DNA of 64,000 bases from an uncultured Veillonellaceae bacterium (GTDB taxonomy: Bacteria > Bacillota > Negativicutes > JARBTT01), in contig CAWDTA010000002.1 in assembly GCA_963805085.1 (NCBI GenBank), forward strand, positions 800,001 to 864,000. Reading direction: 5' to 3'. This document shows positions 18,790 to 30,599 of the stretch, piece by piece. A program made the position numbers and the translations under genes. Positions within the stretch are counted from its first letter, which is position 1, and the number at the start of each line of letters is the position of its first letter. The notes beneath the pieces were generated by a model. That model saw only the letters and a list, made by a program, of their open reading frames with translations, ran no database searches and was not told the origin of the DNA.

Positions 18790-19643
18790 TAATATTTCCT
18801 CCTGAATTTAGCAATCGTTTTATTAATTAATTTTTCATTGACTTCATCATGTTTTGCTCCAGTAAATAACATCGTTAATGTCATTAAATTTATATTAACC
18901 TCGTTATCTTCACCTTTGTCTAGATTTAGATTACTTGCAAAAATACGAATTAAAGTAATTTTAGCATCAATATATTCATCAGCACTGCATGATACATAAC
19001 TATTTACTTCGGCATACGTTACCCAAGGAACTTCTAATAAAATTTTACGAATTGCTGCATGCCTTTCTTGCTTTAATTCAATTTTACAGACACTACAATA
19101 TTGGCTTTCTTTTGGGCAAAGTGTATCACATTTTTCACATTTATGCCATTCTTTCGCTTTTTTTAATTTATTAAAAGCTAAGTGCTTTTGATAAAGTTTT
19201 GCGATTTTATATTGTAGCTTTTCCTCTTCTACATTCTCTACAATTTGCTTGGCGCTATTAACCTCGTTTACATTGAGCTTTACTCTTCTAAGATCTCGAG
19301 CAATATTGATTTCTTCTACCCCTTGATCATCATCGATGACTTTATTTTTAAAAGATTCCGTGCGAAAACGAATATCTTTAATTAATGGTTCACCAACAAA
19401 TTGATTTACCTTAAAAATAATATCAGCTTTCATCATGGATAAATGATGACACCAGACAGAGTTATTTACTGAAATAAATAAGACATTATATTCAACACTA
19501 AGAGGCGAAGATTGCGCAGCAATATCCTTACCAACAATTTTTTCCCAATTAAATATGGCTAATTGCGTCTTATAGTTTTTGTCGATACCTAAACTACTAA
19601 CCATTTGGGGGAGTATTTCTTTTATCTGTTCCAAAAAAATCAC
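18789..19643 (-). CDS. DUF721/DciA-like protein with C-terminal Cys cluster
   Basis: NWEKIVGKDIAAQSSP..LFISVNNSVW..IKDIRF and CEKC..CSVC, next to recF. Confidence 0.8.
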   Translation of the reverse strand: MIFLEQIKEILPQMVSSLGIDKNYKTQLAIFNWEKIVGKDIAAQSSPLSVEYNVLFISVNNSVWCHHLSMMKADIIFKVNQFVGEPLIKDIRFRTESFKNKVIDDDQGVEEINIARDLRRVKLNVNEVNSAKQIVENVEEEKLQYKIAKLYQKHLAFNKLKKAKEWHKCEKCDTLCPKESQYCSVCKIELKQERHAAIRKILLEVPWVTYAEVNSYVSCSADEYIDAKITLIRIFASNLNLDKGEDNEVNINLMTLTMLFTGAKHDEVNEKLINKTIAKFRRKY

Positions 19644-20740
19644 TCCACTATTTTACCAGCTACGACATGATAATATTTTCCTAAATTTTCTTTAGGAAAA
19701 TAATTTATATCGGTCGCTGTAATGAACGTTTGAATTCTATCTCTAATAAATAATAACAACTGTTCACGCCTATTTGCATCAAGTTCACTCATCACATCAT
19801 CTAATAACAAAACAGGGTATTCACCCGTTTCTGATTTAATAAATTCTAATTCAGCAAGTTTGAGAGCTAATACACCTGTGCGTTGTTGTCCTTGCGAACC
19901 AAAGGATCGTAAGTTTATATTATTCACTTTTAATATAATATCATCACGATGTGGCCCTACACTAGTATTCCCACGAATGATATCAATTTCACGAGATTCA
20001 CTTAATTTATTATTATACCATGTATTTAAATCTTCTGGAACTATATTATCTTCTAAACCAGAAATTATATAACTAATTTCCAAACTTTCTTTATTTTTTG
20101 AAATTCTCCGATGCATCAAATTAGCAAGCATATTCAGTTTTTTGATTGCGTCTAACCTTTTCATTACAAGGTCGCGCGCAATAACAGCTAATTGTGTATC
20201 CCAACTTTCTAGTAAATCTTTGCTACTTTTCCGTTCCTTAATTTTTTTCAGTAGCATATTTCGTTGGGCAACAATCCGATTATACTTACTAAGCTGCTTA
20301 TAATAAATAGGACTGGCTTGAGAAATTTCAATATCGATAAACCGTCTTCTACCTGCTGGTGCACCTTTAATTAATGACAAATCTTCTGGCGAAAAAAGAA
20401 CAACATTAATGACCCCAATTAAATCTTTTTGTTTTATTGGATGACCATTATATATAATTTCTTTATTTTTTTCTGTACTAAAATTAAAACTTAATTTATT
20501 TTCGACCATCATCCGATCAAAAACAAGAGTTACCTTTGCTTTTGATTGTTCCCATTGAATTAAATCATTGTCAATATTGCTGCGATGGGAATGCCCCATC
20601 GCAGCATAATAGATTGCTTCAATGATATTGGTTTTTCCTTGCGCATTTTGACCTAAAAATATATTCAAATTATGGGTGAATTCTAAGGATAAAGCATTAT
20701 AATTTCTATAGTTATGTAAACTAATTTGCTTTACGCGCAT
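19640..20740 (-). CDS. recF: RecF
   Basis: GQNAQGKTN, GPHRDD, GSQGQQR and LLLDDVMSELD. Confidence 0.97.
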   Translation of the reverse strand: MRVKQISLHNYRNYNALSLEFTHNLNIFLGQNAQGKTNIIEAIYYAAMGHSHRSNIDNDLIQWEQSKAKVTLVFDRMMVENKLSFNFSTEKNKEIIYNGHPIKQKDLIGVINVVLFSPEDLSLIKGAPAGRRRFIDIEISQASPIYYKQLSKYNRIVAQRNMLLKKIKERKSSKDLLESWDTQLAVIARDLVMKRLDAIKKLNMLANLMHRRISKNKESLEISYIISGLEDNIVPEDLNTWYNNKLSESREIDIIRGNTSVGPHRDDIILKVNNINLRSFGSQGQQRTGVLALKLAELEFIKSETGEYPVLLLDDVMSELDANRREQLLLFIRDRIQTFITATDINYFPKENLGKYYHVVAGKIVE

Positions 20741-20743
20741 CGT

Positions 20744-20968
20744 TTATTCACCTTGACTTTTAACAACTTTCCAGGTGCCAGTTCCCATAATTTCAACTAC
20801 GTCCCCAGGATAGACTTTTTTTCTTCGCTCTGTTAATAAAACACCATTTAATTTTATGATGTTATCATCTAGCATAAAACGAACTTGACCACCTGAATCG
20901 ACAATTCCAGCCCATTTTAATAGCTGATCAAGTTGGATTACATCACTATTGATTTCTATTGTTTCCAT
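20744..20968 (-). CDS. yaaA: S4-domain RNA-binding protein YaaA
   Basis: IQLDQLLKWAGIVDSGG..ERRKKVYPGD, with conserved synteny. Confidence 0.93.
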   Translation of the reverse strand: METIEINSDVIQLDQLLKWAGIVDSGGQVRFMLDDNIIKLNGVLLTERRKKVYPGDVVEIMGTGTWKVVKSQGE

Positions 20969-20992
20969 ATTGGTTCTCCTTTTAAACTAGCA

Positions 20993-22102
20993 TCAACTCG
21001 TACGCACTGGCGTAATAATATAGTTATAAGTATCATCATCACAAGGTCTGATACTAGCTGGACTAAGCGGTGTATTCAAAGAAAAATAAATTTTTTCACT
21101 ATCGATATTTTTAAGAATATCTGTTACATATTTTGCATTAAAGGCGATATCAAGCTCTTTACCAGATAACGTAATATCGACCGATTCTTCAGCTTTACCA
21201 ATATCAGGGTTATTAGAAGTTATCATGACTGATTTTTCATTAAAAGATAAACGAATTACATTATAATCTCCAGAACGTGATATCAATGAAACACGTTCGA
21301 CTGCTGAAGAGAATGCGTCAGTATTTAGGATAATTTCCGTGGTAAAAGCTTCGGGAATAACGCGTTTATAATCAGGGAATTGTCCTTCAATCAGCCTCGA
21401 TATTATGTAAACATTATCAAAGGTAAAACTGATTTGATTTCGCGTACAGTTAACGATGACATCGGAAGGGACTTCCGCGACCATAATACGAGCTAATTCC
21501 ATTAATATTTTTGAAGGAATAATAATTTTAATTTCACCATTGAATTCATCAAGATATTCTTTTTTGATAGCTAATCTATGAGTATTTGTTGCAACCATCA
21601 TAACATCACTGTTGGTAACTTCGAGTAATCCACCAGTAAAAACAGGTCTAGCTTCATCTTGTGAACAAGCAAATACTGTTTTCTTTATTAATTCTCTAAA
21701 GACATTATCACGAATTTTGAACGTTGTATTACCATCTAGCGGATGTAACACTGGGAATTCTGCTGCTGGTAAACTTAATAAATTAAATTGTGCAGTATTT
21801 GATGTAATTTTTAGTGTATGATCTTCGCGACTTGTTACAATCTCCACCATTTCCCCAGGTAATCTGCGTACAACTTCTTGAAAATAACGACCAGATAAGA
21901 CAATAGCGCCTGGTTCATCAATTTGTGCATCTATCTTACAGCTAATACCAAGTTCGTAATCTGTTGCTTGTAATTCTAGTGTGTTGTCGAAAGCATTTAA
22001 ATAAATACCAGATAGTATGGGCATTTGCGGTTTACTTGATACCGCTTTTTGAACAATTTGTACAGCATGTACAAGTTGTTCTTTTTTACAGGAAAATTTC
22101 AT
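20993..22102 (-). CDS. dnaN: DNA polymerase III beta clamp
   Basis: ATDYELGI, ATNTHRLA, SRLIEGQFPDY and IAFNAKY. Confidence 0.97.
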   Translation of the reverse strand: MKFSCKKEQLVHAVQIVQKAVSSKPQMPILSGIYLNAFDNTLELQATDYELGISCKIDAQIDEPGAIVLSGRYFQEVVRRLPGEMVEIVTSREDHTLKITSNTAQFNLLSLPAAEFPVLHPLDGNTTFKIRDNVFRELIKKTVFACSQDEARPVFTGGLLEVTNSDVMMVATNTHRLAIKKEYLDEFNGEIKIIIPSKILMELARIMVAEVPSDVIVNCTRNQISFTFDNVYIISRLIEGQFPDYKRVIPEAFTTEIILNTDAFSSAVERVSLISRSGDYNVIRLSFNEKSVMITSNNPDIGKAEESVDITLSGKELDIAFNAKYVTDILKNIDSEKIYFSLNTPLSPASIRPCDDDTYNYIITPVRTS

Positions 22103-22129
22103 TAAAAGTCCTCCTTGAGTATATTATGA

Positions 22130-22349
22130 CTATTTTGCTTATATAATATAAAAAATAGTCGTATTAGTCGTAGGGGCTGTAGATATGTGGATAACTAAGA
22201 AATAAGCTTGTCGATGAAAGTAAAAGTGTGTGAATAAAATGTAGATAAATATATAGTGAGTTATCCACATATTCACATAAAAATCTGTATAAAAAGTTAC
22301 CCACAAAGAATATACAGCTAATGAGTTGACTTATAAACAGAGTTATACA
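22130..22349. other. oriC unwinding region (dnaA-dnaN): AT-rich tract, DnaA-trios, tandem DnaA boxes
   Basis: TAG TCG TAT TAG TCG TAG-GGGC-TGTAGATA-TGTGGATAA (22156-22194), plus boxes TGTGAATAA, TTATCCACA (22261) and TTACCCACA. Confidence 0.9.
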
Positions 22350-23795
22350 CTACATACTTTCAATTCTCTTGATAAGTTCTTTGATTGTATTATTTAATTT
22401 CATATCTTCATTGCGTTCGCGACTAATTTTATCATGCGCATGAATAACTGTTGTATGATCACGGCCACCAAACATTTCACCAATGCGTGGTAATGAAGTG
22501 TCAGTAAGTTCACGACATAAATACATCGCGATTTGACGAGGAAAAGATAGATTACGCGTTCTTTTCTTCGCTAAAAGCTCATCAATTCTAAGTTTAAAAT
22601 AAGACGAGACAATTTCTTGAATTAGCTCTAATGTAATTTGTTTTGTTTTGCCTGTAGGAAAAATATCTTTTAAGGCTTCTGTTGCTAATTCATTACTAAC
22701 AACTTGTTTAGTTAAAGAAGCATAAGCCATCACACGAATTAGTGCTCCTTCAAGTTCACGAATATTATTATCAATACGGCTAGCAATATACACCATTACA
22801 TCATTGGGAACATTAAGATTTTCAAGTAAGGCCTTTTTACGCAAGATCGCAATACGGGTTTCAAGGTCAGGCGCTTGAATATCAGTAATAAGACCCCATT
22901 CAAAACGGGAACGAAGCCGATCTTCTAGTGTTTGAATTTCGCGTGGAGGACGGTCGCTAGATATAATAATTTGTTTATTTGCTTCATGCAAAGTGTTGAA
23001 TGTATGGAAAAATTCTTCTTGTGTATGCTCTTTTTTAGATAAAAATTGAATATCATCGACCAGTAAAACATCGATATTACGATATTTCTGTCGGAAACTT
23101 TCCGGATTACCATCACGAATAGAGTTAATCAGTTCATTTGTAAATTTTTCACTAGAAATATATAGCACACGAAGATTTGGATGATTTTTCAAAATACGAT
23201 GCCCAATGGCATGCATCAAATGTGTTTTACCAAGGCCAACACCGCCATACATAAAAAAAGGATTGTACACTTGCGCTGGAGATTCGGCTACAGCAAGCGA
23301 GGCAGCATGAGCAAAGCGGTTAGAATTACCAGTAACAAATGTTTCAAACACGTATTTTGGGTTTAAAGAAAGGGAATCCTCTAAAATGATCGAAGGATTG
23401 GTTTTGGCATCAATCAATCTTTGTTGCTGCCCTGGAATGTCATCCTCGATTAATGAAGTTTGAATCGAATTACTAAATTCTCTTCTTATTGGTTTGTTAT
23501 TTTGGGGAATTTGTGTTTCTGGGACAGGGGTATCGGTATCAATCGCAAGATTTGTGATGATGACTGATAATTTTTTATTGGTAACTTCATAACCAGCATC
23601 GACGATAAAAGGAATATAACGAGACTCAATCCATTCTTTCATAAATTTCTTTGGCGTACCAAGTTCAATAGTGGTATCTGTTAAAGAAATGGGAACGACT
23701 GGTTTTAACCAAGTATCACAAGTTAATTTTGATAGGGAAAGTTCTAATTTACTTAAAATCTGTTCCCAGGTTGCTTGTAATTGTATTGTATCCAT
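22350..23795 (-). CDS. dnaA: Chromosomal replication initiator DnaA
   Basis: [34 protein letters not shown] and [11 protein letters not shown]. The likely start is ATG 23795 after AGAAAGGA. Confidence 0.98.
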   Translation of the reverse strand: MDTIQLQATWEQILSKLELSLSKLTCDTWLKPVVPISLTDTTIELGTPKKFMKEWIESRYIPFIVDAGYEVTNKKLSVIITNLAIDTDTPVPETQIPQNNKPIRREFSNSIQTSLIEDDIPGQQQRLIDAKTNPSIILEDSLSLNPKYVFETFVTGNSNRFAHAASLAVAESPAQVYNPFFMYGGVGLGKTHLMHAIGHRILKNHPNLRVLYISSEKFTNELINSIRDGNPESFRQKYRNIDVLLVDDIQFLSKKEHTQEEFFHTFNTLHEANKQIIISSDRPPREIQTLEDRLRSRFEWGLITDIQAPDLETRIAILRKKALLENLNVPNDVMVYIASRIDNNIRELEGALIRVMAYASLTKQVVSNELATEALKDIFPTGKTKQITLELIQEIVSSYFKLRIDELLAKKRTRNLSFPRQIAMYLCRELTDTSLPRIGEMFGGRDHTTVIHAHDKISRERNEDMKLNNTIKELIKRIESM

Positions 23796-23849
23796 AAGAA
23801 AATCCTTTCTAAAAAGAAAAATATAAACATAATTTATTAACATCTTCAT

Positions 23850-24156
23850 AAGTTATCCACAATTTTATTCACAACTGTGAATATCTTTTTGAAATAAAAG
23901 TAAAAAAAGACGAAAAAAAATACAAAACCGGGAAAATATTATTCACCTAAAGTTTGTATTATCTATATCTGTCAGGTTACGCACTTATGTTGATAAATGT
24001 GTGTATAAGTAGCGCTTGCTGTTAATAAGATTGGAGTTTATTAACAAAATTTCGAGCTTTGTGGATAAGTAACTAACTTTATATTATCAAAATGAGTGTA
24101 AGTTATCAACATGTTTTTATAGGATGCGTCACAATTTTACAATAAATATCCACAAC
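23850..24156. promoter_or_regulatory. DnaA-box cluster upstream of dnaA (bipartite oriC)
   Basis: TTATCCACA 23853, TTATTCACA 23865, TGTTGATAA 23988, TGTGTATAA 24000, TGTGGATAA 24060, TTATCAACA 24103 and ATATCCACA 24146. Confidence 0.9.
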
Positions 24157-24290
24157 GTTATACAATTATATTTAAGTAAACTGTGCAAAAATCTTGACAC
24201 TAGAGCGTGGCTAGTCTATAATTTTTATAGTTAAAATTGATGATTTTGACCGAGAATGTTTTCGTATTATTGCAAGGAGGTGTTGTAGAT

Positions 24291-24425
24291 ATGAAACGTA
24301 CTTATCAACCAAATACATTGTGGAAAAAAAGAACGCATGGCTTCCGTGAACGTATGAAGACCAAAGGTGGTCGTCTTGTTTTAAAAAGAAGACGTGCTAA
24401 AGGCAGAAGTAAATTGTCTGCTTAG
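24291..24425 (+). CDS. rpmH: 50S ribosomal protein L34
   Basis: MKRTYQP..HGFRERM..RRRAKGR, with SD AAGGAGG. Confidence 0.98.
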   Translation: MKRTYQPNTLWKKRTHGFRERMKTKGGRLVLKRRRAKGRSKLSA

Positions 24426-24474
24426 TAGGTCACTCATGTGACCTATTTTTTCCATATAGCAGGATGGTTAAACA

Positions 24475-24825
24475 ATGATGTATAAACTACCAAAGCAGAA
24501 TATTCTGCGCAAAAACAAACAATTTCAGAGTGTTTATCGGTATGGTAAGTCATATGCTAATCGTATGATGGTTATTTATGTATTATCAAACAAGGATACT
24601 CAAAGAAAAGTTGGCTTTGCAGCAGGCAAGCGCCTGGGCAATGCTGTGGTTAGAAATCGAGTAAAAAGGCTTCTTCGTGAAACTTATCGACTTAATCAAC
24701 ATAAGTTGAAACTCGGTTTTGATTTACTCCTAGTTGGGCGTAAACCAATGGTTGATGTAAAATACAAAGTTGTCAGTAAGGCTTTTGGAGATTTATGCAC
24801 TAAAGCTAGTATTTTGGATGAATAG
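24475..24825 (+). CDS. rnpA: RNase P protein
   Basis: [15 protein letters not shown] motif. Confidence 0.97.
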   Translation: MMYKLPKQNILRKNKQFQSVYRYGKSYANRMMVIYVLSNKDTQRKVGFAAGKRLGNAVVRNRVKRLLRETYRLNQHKLKLGFDLLLVGRKPMVDVKYKVVSKAFGDLCTKASILDE

Positions 24826-24836
24826 GCGGCGATAGA

Positions 24837-25046
24837 ATGAAAAAGATTTTTATTTTATTGATAAGATTTTATCGGGTATTTTTATCACCGTTAAAGCCGC
24901 CTACTTGTCGTTTTGTGCCAACTTGTTCTGAGTATGCATTAATTGCTTTTGAAAAATATGGGGTTTGGCGTGGTGCCTATATGACGTTTCGACGAGTTTT
25001 AAAGTGTCATCCGTTTCATCGAGGCGGCTATGACCCTGTGAAATAA
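24837..25046 (+). CDS. yidD: Membrane protein insertion efficiency factor
   Basis: [23 protein letters not shown]. Confidence 0.96.
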   Translation: MKKIFILLIRFYRVFLSPLKPPTCRFVPTCSEYALIAFEKYGVWRGAYMTFRRVLKCHPFHRGGYDPVK

Positions 25047-25084
25047 ATAATAGAGATAAATATGTTCGAGGATGTGAAATTTTA

Positions 25085-25750
25085 GTGGATTTTTTTACAA
25101 ATCTATTTAATGCTTTAATTGGTTATTTACAGAGTTTCTTAACAATATTTTATAATCTAAGCGATGCCATTGGTTACGCCAATTATGGTGTAGCTATTAT
25201 TTTGATGACAATCGTCATTAAAATGTTACTTTATCCATTAACCGTAAAACAAGTAAGATCCATGAAGGCGATGCAAGACATGCAGCCAGAATTAAAGAAA
25301 ATACAAACCAAATATAAAGATAATCCAGCGGAATTACAAAAGGAAATGGCAGCCCTTTATAGTAAAGCCGGTGTTAACCCGCTTGCCGGATGCTTACCAT
25401 TGGTTGCGCAAATGCCAATTTTAATCGGTATCTTTTATGCCATTCGTGATTATGTTTATCAAGGCGCACCAGCATTCCTTTGGGTAACCAATCTATCGCA
25501 GGCTGATCCATATTATATTTTACCAGTAGTGTCAGCGGCGACTACTTATATTCAACAAAAGCAAACGTCAGCAGAAGCAAACCAACAAACGAAAATGATG
25601 ATGATTTTTATGCCTTTGTTCATTGGTTGGATTAGTCTAACATTCCCAGCTGGCTTAGTATTATATTGGGTTGTAAGTAATACAATGCAAATTTTACAAC
25701 AATGGTGGATGTCTCGTATTGATGATAAATTAAAAGGGGAGGCTGCTTAA
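25085..25750 (+). CDS. yidC: Membrane insertase YidC/SpoIIIJ (short form)
   Basis: YGVAII..NPLAGCLP..QMPI..DPYYILP..GLVLYW. Confidence 0.95.
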   Translation: MDFFTNLFNALIGYLQSFLTIFYNLSDAIGYANYGVAIILMTIVIKMLLYPLTVKQVRSMKAMQDMQPELKKIQTKYKDNPAELQKEMAALYSKAGVNPLAGCLPLVAQMPILIGIFYAIRDYVYQGAPAFLWVTNLSQADPYYILPVVSAATTYIQQKQTSAEANQQTKMMMIFMPLFIGWISLTFPAGLVLYWVVSNTMQILQQWWMSRIDDKLKGEAA

Positions 25751-25751
25751 T

Positions 25752-26381
25752 ATGCTTACTGTAGTTGAAAAAACTGGTAAGTCTATTGAAGAAGCTCTAG
25801 CAGCAGCATTAACCGAACTGAATGTGAACGAAGATCGCGTTGAGTATGAAGTTATTGATATGCCTAAAAAGGGTTTTTTAGGATTTATCGGGAACAAACC
25901 TGCTAAAATAAAGGTAAGTGTAAAGAAAGTTCCCCAAATTGAAGTTGCCATCAAATTTCTAGAAGATATTTTTACAGCGATGAAAATTGTTGTTGCTATT
26001 GAAACAGTAAAAAATGTTGATGATTATGTTTGTGATTTACATGGCGAAGATCTTGGTATTTTAATTGGTAAACATGGACAAACTTTGGATGCTTTGCAAT
26101 ATTTAACGAATCTTGCGGCAAATAAGGATATGAGCGAAGCAAAAATAAGAATTACGCTTGACGTAGAGAACTATCGGAAAAGACGTCAAGAAACATTATG
26201 TAGATTGGCAAATCATCTAGCTGATAAAGTGAAAAGATTTGGTGATAAAATTGTTTTAGAGCCAATGAATCGGCATGAAAGAAAAATTATTCATACAGCA
26301 TTGCAAGATGACCGGCGGATTCTTACTTATAGTGATGGTGAAGAGCCATATCGTAAGGTTGTTATTGCATTAAAACGGTAA
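25752..26381 (+). CDS. jag: Jag/EloR/KhpB RNA-binding protein
   Basis: Jag_N (GKSIEEAL..KKGFLG), KH (GILIGKHGQTL) and R3H (ERKIIH) domains. Confidence 0.95.
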   Translation: MLTVVEKTGKSIEEALAAALTELNVNEDRVEYEVIDMPKKGFLGFIGNKPAKIKVSVKKVPQIEVAIKFLEDIFTAMKIVVAIETVKNVDDYVCDLHGEDLGILIGKHGQTLDALQYLTNLAANKDMSEAKIRITLDVENYRKRRQETLCRLANHLADKVKRFGDKIVLEPMNRHERKIIHTALQDDRRILTYSDGEEPYRKVVIALKR

Positions 26382-26453
26382 TGAAGTAAAGAATAAAACC
26401 CAGTAATGAATATTACTGGGTTTTTGAATATTATATAGGTTGGAGGTAAATGA

Positions 26454-27842
26454 ATGCGGATGCATACGGAAACGATTAGTGCGATAGCAACAGCTGTCGG
26501 TGAAGGTGGAATCGGCATTGTTCGTTTAAGCGGAGATAGAGCACTAGAAATCGTAAAAAATATTTTTGTCCCTAAAAGTAATAAAAAAATAGAAGATATT
26601 CCTACTCACCATGTTACGTATGGACAAATTATTGATAAAAAAAATAAGGTTGTAGTTGATGAATGCTTACTATTAACCATGCATGGACCACACTCTTATA
26701 CTTGTGAGGACGTTGTGGAATTTCATTGTCATGGTGGAGCAACCCCTCTTGGTAATGTACTTAGCTTAACACTTCGTGAAGGGGCGAGACTTGCTGAACC
26801 TGGTGAGTTTACTAAACGTGCCTTTCTAAATGGTCGCTTAGATTTATCACAAGCACAAGCGGTTATTGACGTTATTCGTTCAAAGACAGATGCATCACTT
26901 CGTATGGCAATTGGTCATTTAGAAGGGCATTTTTCTGAAAAAATTCGTGACTATCGTCATGAGATTTTAAGTATGATCGCTCATTTAGAAGCAGCGATTG
27001 ATTTTCCCGAAGACGATATTGATGAAATTGCAACGGATGAAGTAAGAGAACAGGTTATGCACGTTAAAGCGGATATTGAAAAATTATTGGCAACGGCAAA
27101 GACTGGGCGCGTACTGCGTGAAGGATTAGAAACCGCAATTATCGGCAAGCCAAACGTTGGTAAATCAAGTCTTTTAAATGCATTATTAAATGAAAATCGT
27201 GCGATTGTTACGGATGTTCCTGGAACAACGCGTGATATTATCGAAGAATGTGCCAATATTGGTGGAATTCCACTTAAAATTATTGATACTGCAGGAATTC
27301 GCGAAACGGAAGATGTCGTTGAAAAAATCGGCGTAGAAAAATCCCGTAGCTATATTGAGCGGGCCGATTTGATCTTGGTGTTACTCGATATTGCCAATTC
27401 TTTATCGGCGGAAGATGAAGAAATCCTAAGTATCATTCAAGATCGCCAAGCGATTGTTCTAGTTAATAAAAGTGATTTACAGCCAAAACTAGATATTAAG
27501 TATCTTACAGAAAAATTACCGAGCCATAGCGTGATTAAGATTTCTACCATAGATGGCACTGGCTTAGAAGAACTAGAAACGACAATTGTCAATATGGTTT
27601 ATAGTGGGCAAGTGAAACAAGGGGAAGGTGCCTTTGTCAATAATGTTCGCCAAGCTGAAATTTTAAGGATGACTGAGCAGTATTTGCAAGAAGTATTATT
27701 CACGATTGATCGGGGAATGTCACCAGACTTTATTGTGATTGACTTACGTGCAGCGTGGGAAAAACTTGGCGAAATTACTGGTGATACGGTTGGTGAGGAT
27801 ATCATTGATCAAATTTTTAGCCAATTTTGTATCGGAAAGTAA
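26454..27842 (+). CDS. mnmE: tRNA modification GTPase MnmE
   Basis: GKPNVGKS, GTTRD, DTAG, NKSD and C-terminal FCIGK. Confidence 0.97.
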   Translation: MRMHTETISAIATAVGEGGIGIVRLSGDRALEIVKNIFVPKSNKKIEDIPTHHVTYGQIIDKKNKVVVDECLLLTMHGPHSYTCEDVVEFHCHGGATPLGNVLSLTLREGARLAEPGEFTKRAFLNGRLDLSQAQAVIDVIRSKTDASLRMAIGHLEGHFSEKIRDYRHEILSMIAHLEAAIDFPEDDIDEIATDEVREQVMHVKADIEKLLATAKTGRVLREGLETAIIGKPNVGKSSLLNALLNENRAIVTDVPGTTRDIIEECANIGGIPLKIIDTAGIRETEDVVEKIGVEKSRSYIERADLILVLLDIANSLSAEDEEILSIIQDRQAIVLVNKSDLQPKLDIKYLTEKLPSHSVIKISTIDGTGLEELETTIVNMVYSGQVKQGEGAFVNNVRQAEILRMTEQYLQEVLFTIDRGMSPDFIVIDLRAAWEKLGEITGDTVGEDIIDQIFSQFCIGK

Positions 27843-27921
27843 AATTTTGTAGGGCGACTTACAAAAATAAAAAAGAATTGATTGACATAGTGTGCGATTT
27901 AAAAATAGGGAGATGTTTGTT

Positions 27922-29805
27922 TTGTTTGTTGCGGAAGAATTTGATGTAATTGTTATTGGAGCAGGACATGCTGGAGTGGAAGCAGCACTTGCATCAGCTC
28001 GCATGGGCTGTAAAACGATGCTTGCAACATTAAACATGGATAATATTGCGATGATGCCCTGCAATCCTTCGGTTGGTGGCCCAGCAAAAGGACATCTGGT
28101 TTGCGAACTCGATGCCTTAGGCGGAGAGATGGGAATCAATAGTGATAAAGCTTGCATTCAATTTAGAATGTTAAATACTGGTAAAGGACCGGCGGTACAC
28201 GCTTTGCGTGCGCAAGCCGACAAAAGGCTTTATCAATATACGATGAAAGAAACTTGTGAAAATCAGACAAATCTTGATGTTAAGCAATTATTAATAGAAA
28301 AATTAATTATAGAAGATAACGTAGTCAAAGGCGTGGAAATCGAAACTGGCGAAGTATACCATTGTAAATGTGCTGTTCTGGCATCGGGAACGTATTTAAA
28401 AGGAAAAATTGTCATTGGTGAAAATGCCTATTCGGGTGGACCAAACGGGCAAAGAGCAGCAGAAAAGCTGTCCGATTCCTTATTACAAGCTGGTGTGAAA
28501 TTGATGCGCTTTAAAACAGGGACACCAGCAAGAGTAGATGGTAGATCTCTGGATTATTCAAAGATGCTGATTCAACCAGGGGATGATGAGGTCCACAATT
28601 TTTCTTTTATGAGCGATGTAAAAACAAGAGAGCAAGTTCCTTGCTGGCTTACGTATACAAATGAGAAGACCCATGATATTATTCGAAATAATTTACATCG
28701 AGCACCGATGTATTCTGGCATGATTGAAGGGACGGGCCCTAGATATTGCCCATCAATTGAAACTAAAATTGTTCGATTTGCTGATAAAACAGCACATCAA
28801 TTATTTATTGAACCAGAAGGTTTAAATACAACTGAGATGTATGTGCAAGGAATGTCAACGAGTTTACCAATTGATGTGCAATATGAATTTTTAAAGACCA
28901 TTCCTGGACTTGAAAATGTAAAAATTATGCGGCCAGGATATGCCATTGAATATGATTGTGTAGACCCTTTACAGTTAAAATCATCTCTGGAATTTAAAGC
29001 GATTAAGGGATTATTTTCTGCTGGTCAAGCCAACGGCACTTCTGGATATGAAGAGGCGGCTGCACAAGGATTGATTGCAGGGATCAATGCGGCTTTAGTA
29101 ATAAAAAATAAAGACCCATTGATTCTTTCACGTTCAGACGCCTATATTGGGGTATTAATTGATGATCTTGTAACAAAAGGTACCAATGAGCCTTATCGGA
29201 TTATGACGTCACGGGCTGAATACCGTCTTATTTTAAGGCAAGATAATGCGGATTTACGTTTAACGGAAAAAGGTTATCAAATCGGCTTAGTAACTAAGGA
29301 ACGTTATGCTCGTTTTCAGGCAAAAAAACAAGGAATTGATGATACGCTGAAAATTCTAAGTGAAACAGTGATTACGCCAACCCCAGCAACACAAGCTAGA
29401 CTTGCCGCCATTGGAACAAGTGACATTAGAACAGGTACGACCCTCTATGATTTATTAAAACGCACTGGAATGGAATATGAAGCCCTTAGAAGCCAATTTG
29501 AATTACCAGAAGTAGCGCAAGAAGTTTGTACACAAGTAGAAATTACGGTGCGTTATGAAGGGTACATTAAAAAACAAATTGAGCAAGTGGAACGCGCTGA
29601 AAAGCTAGAGCAGAAGATCATTCCCGATGATATCGATTATGAAATAGTACCAAGTTTGCCGGGGGAAGCACGTCAGAAGCTGGCTGAAATAAGACCCCGT
29701 TCAATTGGCCAAGCAAGTCGTATTTCCGGCGTTTCACCAGCAGATATTTCGATTTTAATTGTTTATTTAGAACAAGAGCGTCGCAGAAAGGAAAGTAAGC
29801 AATGA
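27922..29805 (+). CDS. mnmG: tRNA modification enzyme MnmG/GidA
   Basis: [26 protein letters not shown] and [12 protein letters not shown]. The start is uncertain; TTG 27922 is best spaced from AGGGAG. Confidence 0.96.
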   Translation: MFVAEEFDVIVIGAGHAGVEAALASARMGCKTMLATLNMDNIAMMPCNPSVGGPAKGHLVCELDALGGEMGINSDKACIQFRMLNTGKGPAVHALRAQADKRLYQYTMKETCENQTNLDVKQLLIEKLIIEDNVVKGVEIETGEVYHCKCAVLASGTYLKGKIVIGENAYSGGPNGQRAAEKLSDSLLQAGVKLMRFKTGTPARVDGRSLDYSKMLIQPGDDEVHNFSFMSDVKTREQVPCWLTYTNEKTHDIIRNNLHRAPMYSGMIEGTGPRYCPSIETKIVRFADKTAHQLFIEPEGLNTTEMYVQGMSTSLPIDVQYEFLKTIPGLENVKIMRPGYAIEYDCVDPLQLKSSLEFKAIKGLFSAGQANGTSGYEEAAAQGLIAGINAALVIKNKDPLILSRSDAYIGVLIDDLVTKGTNEPYRIMTSRAEYRLILRQDNADLRLTEKGYQIGLVTKERYARFQAKKQGIDDTLKILSETVITPTPATQARLAAIGTSDIRTGTTLYDLLKRTGMEYEALRSQFELPEVAQEVCTQVEITVRYEGYIKKQIEQVERAEKLEQKIIPDDIDYEIVPSLPGEARQKLAEIRPRSIGQASRISGVSPADISILIVYLEQERRRKESKQ

Positions 29806-30518
29806 GTTTTGCAGACTATCTTAGAGCGGCGGCACAAACCTACAATGTCGCTTTATCAGATCAACAAGTAGAAGCATATCGTATCTATTACGAACTTTTG
29901 ATTGAGTGGAATGAAAAAATAAATTTAACTGCGATTACGCAGCCGGAGCAAGTGGCAGTTAAGCATATGATTGATTCTTTAAGTTGTCATAATGCAAACG
30001 TATTTTTTGAAGGCTGCTCGGTCATTGATGTGGGCACAGGCGCTGGTTTTCCGGGATTGCCACTGAAAATTTTCCAAGAGAATATACAATTAACGCTCTT
30101 AGATTCCTTAAATAAACGGGTGAAATTTTTGGCGACAATAGTGGAGACTTTGCAATTAAACAAGGTAGAAGTAATTCATAGTCGAGCTGAAGAAGGGGCA
30201 CGGCAAAAAGTACATCGTGAAAAATATGATGTAGCCGTTTCTCGTGCGGTAGCTCGCTTAAATGTGTTATGTGAACTTTGTATGCCTTATGTAAAAGTTG
30301 GTGGCTATTTTGTGGCGCTGAAAGGGGCACAGTATGTAGCAGAGGTTGATGAAGCAAAGCACGCGGTAGTGATACTGGGGGGGATTTTTGAGAAAATAGT
30401 TCCAGTGAAGTTACCTGGGATTGATGATGTTAGAGCAATTATTTATGTCAAGAAGATAAAGCCGACACCAGTGCTTTATCCGCGTAAAGCTGGTACGCCA
30501 GAAAAAGATCCTCTATAA
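29802..30518 (+). CDS. rsmG: 16S rRNA m7G527 methyltransferase
   Basis: [25 protein letters not shown] and YPRKAG. Confidence 0.97.
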   Translation: MSFADYLRAAAQTYNVALSDQQVEAYRIYYELLIEWNEKINLTAITQPEQVAVKHMIDSLSCHNANVFFEGCSVIDVGTGAGFPGLPLKIFQENIQLTLLDSLNKRVKFLATIVETLQLNKVEVIHSRAEEGARQKVHREKYDVAVSRAVARLNVLCELCMPYVKVGGYFVALKGAQYVAEVDEAKHAVVILGGIFEKIVPVKLPGIDDVRAIIYVKKIKPTPVLYPRKAGTPEKDPL

Positions 30519-30533
30519 TTTACCAAAAGAATT

Positions 30534-30561
30534 AGAGGAGTTTGCTTATTATATGACGAAT
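30534..30561 (+). promoter_or_regulatory. Sigma-H-like promoter for noc
   Basis: AGAGGAGTT-12-GACGAAT. Confidence 0.5.
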
Positions 30562-30599
30562 AGTATTTTTATTAACGTAAGTAGGTAGGCGGTGGATGA

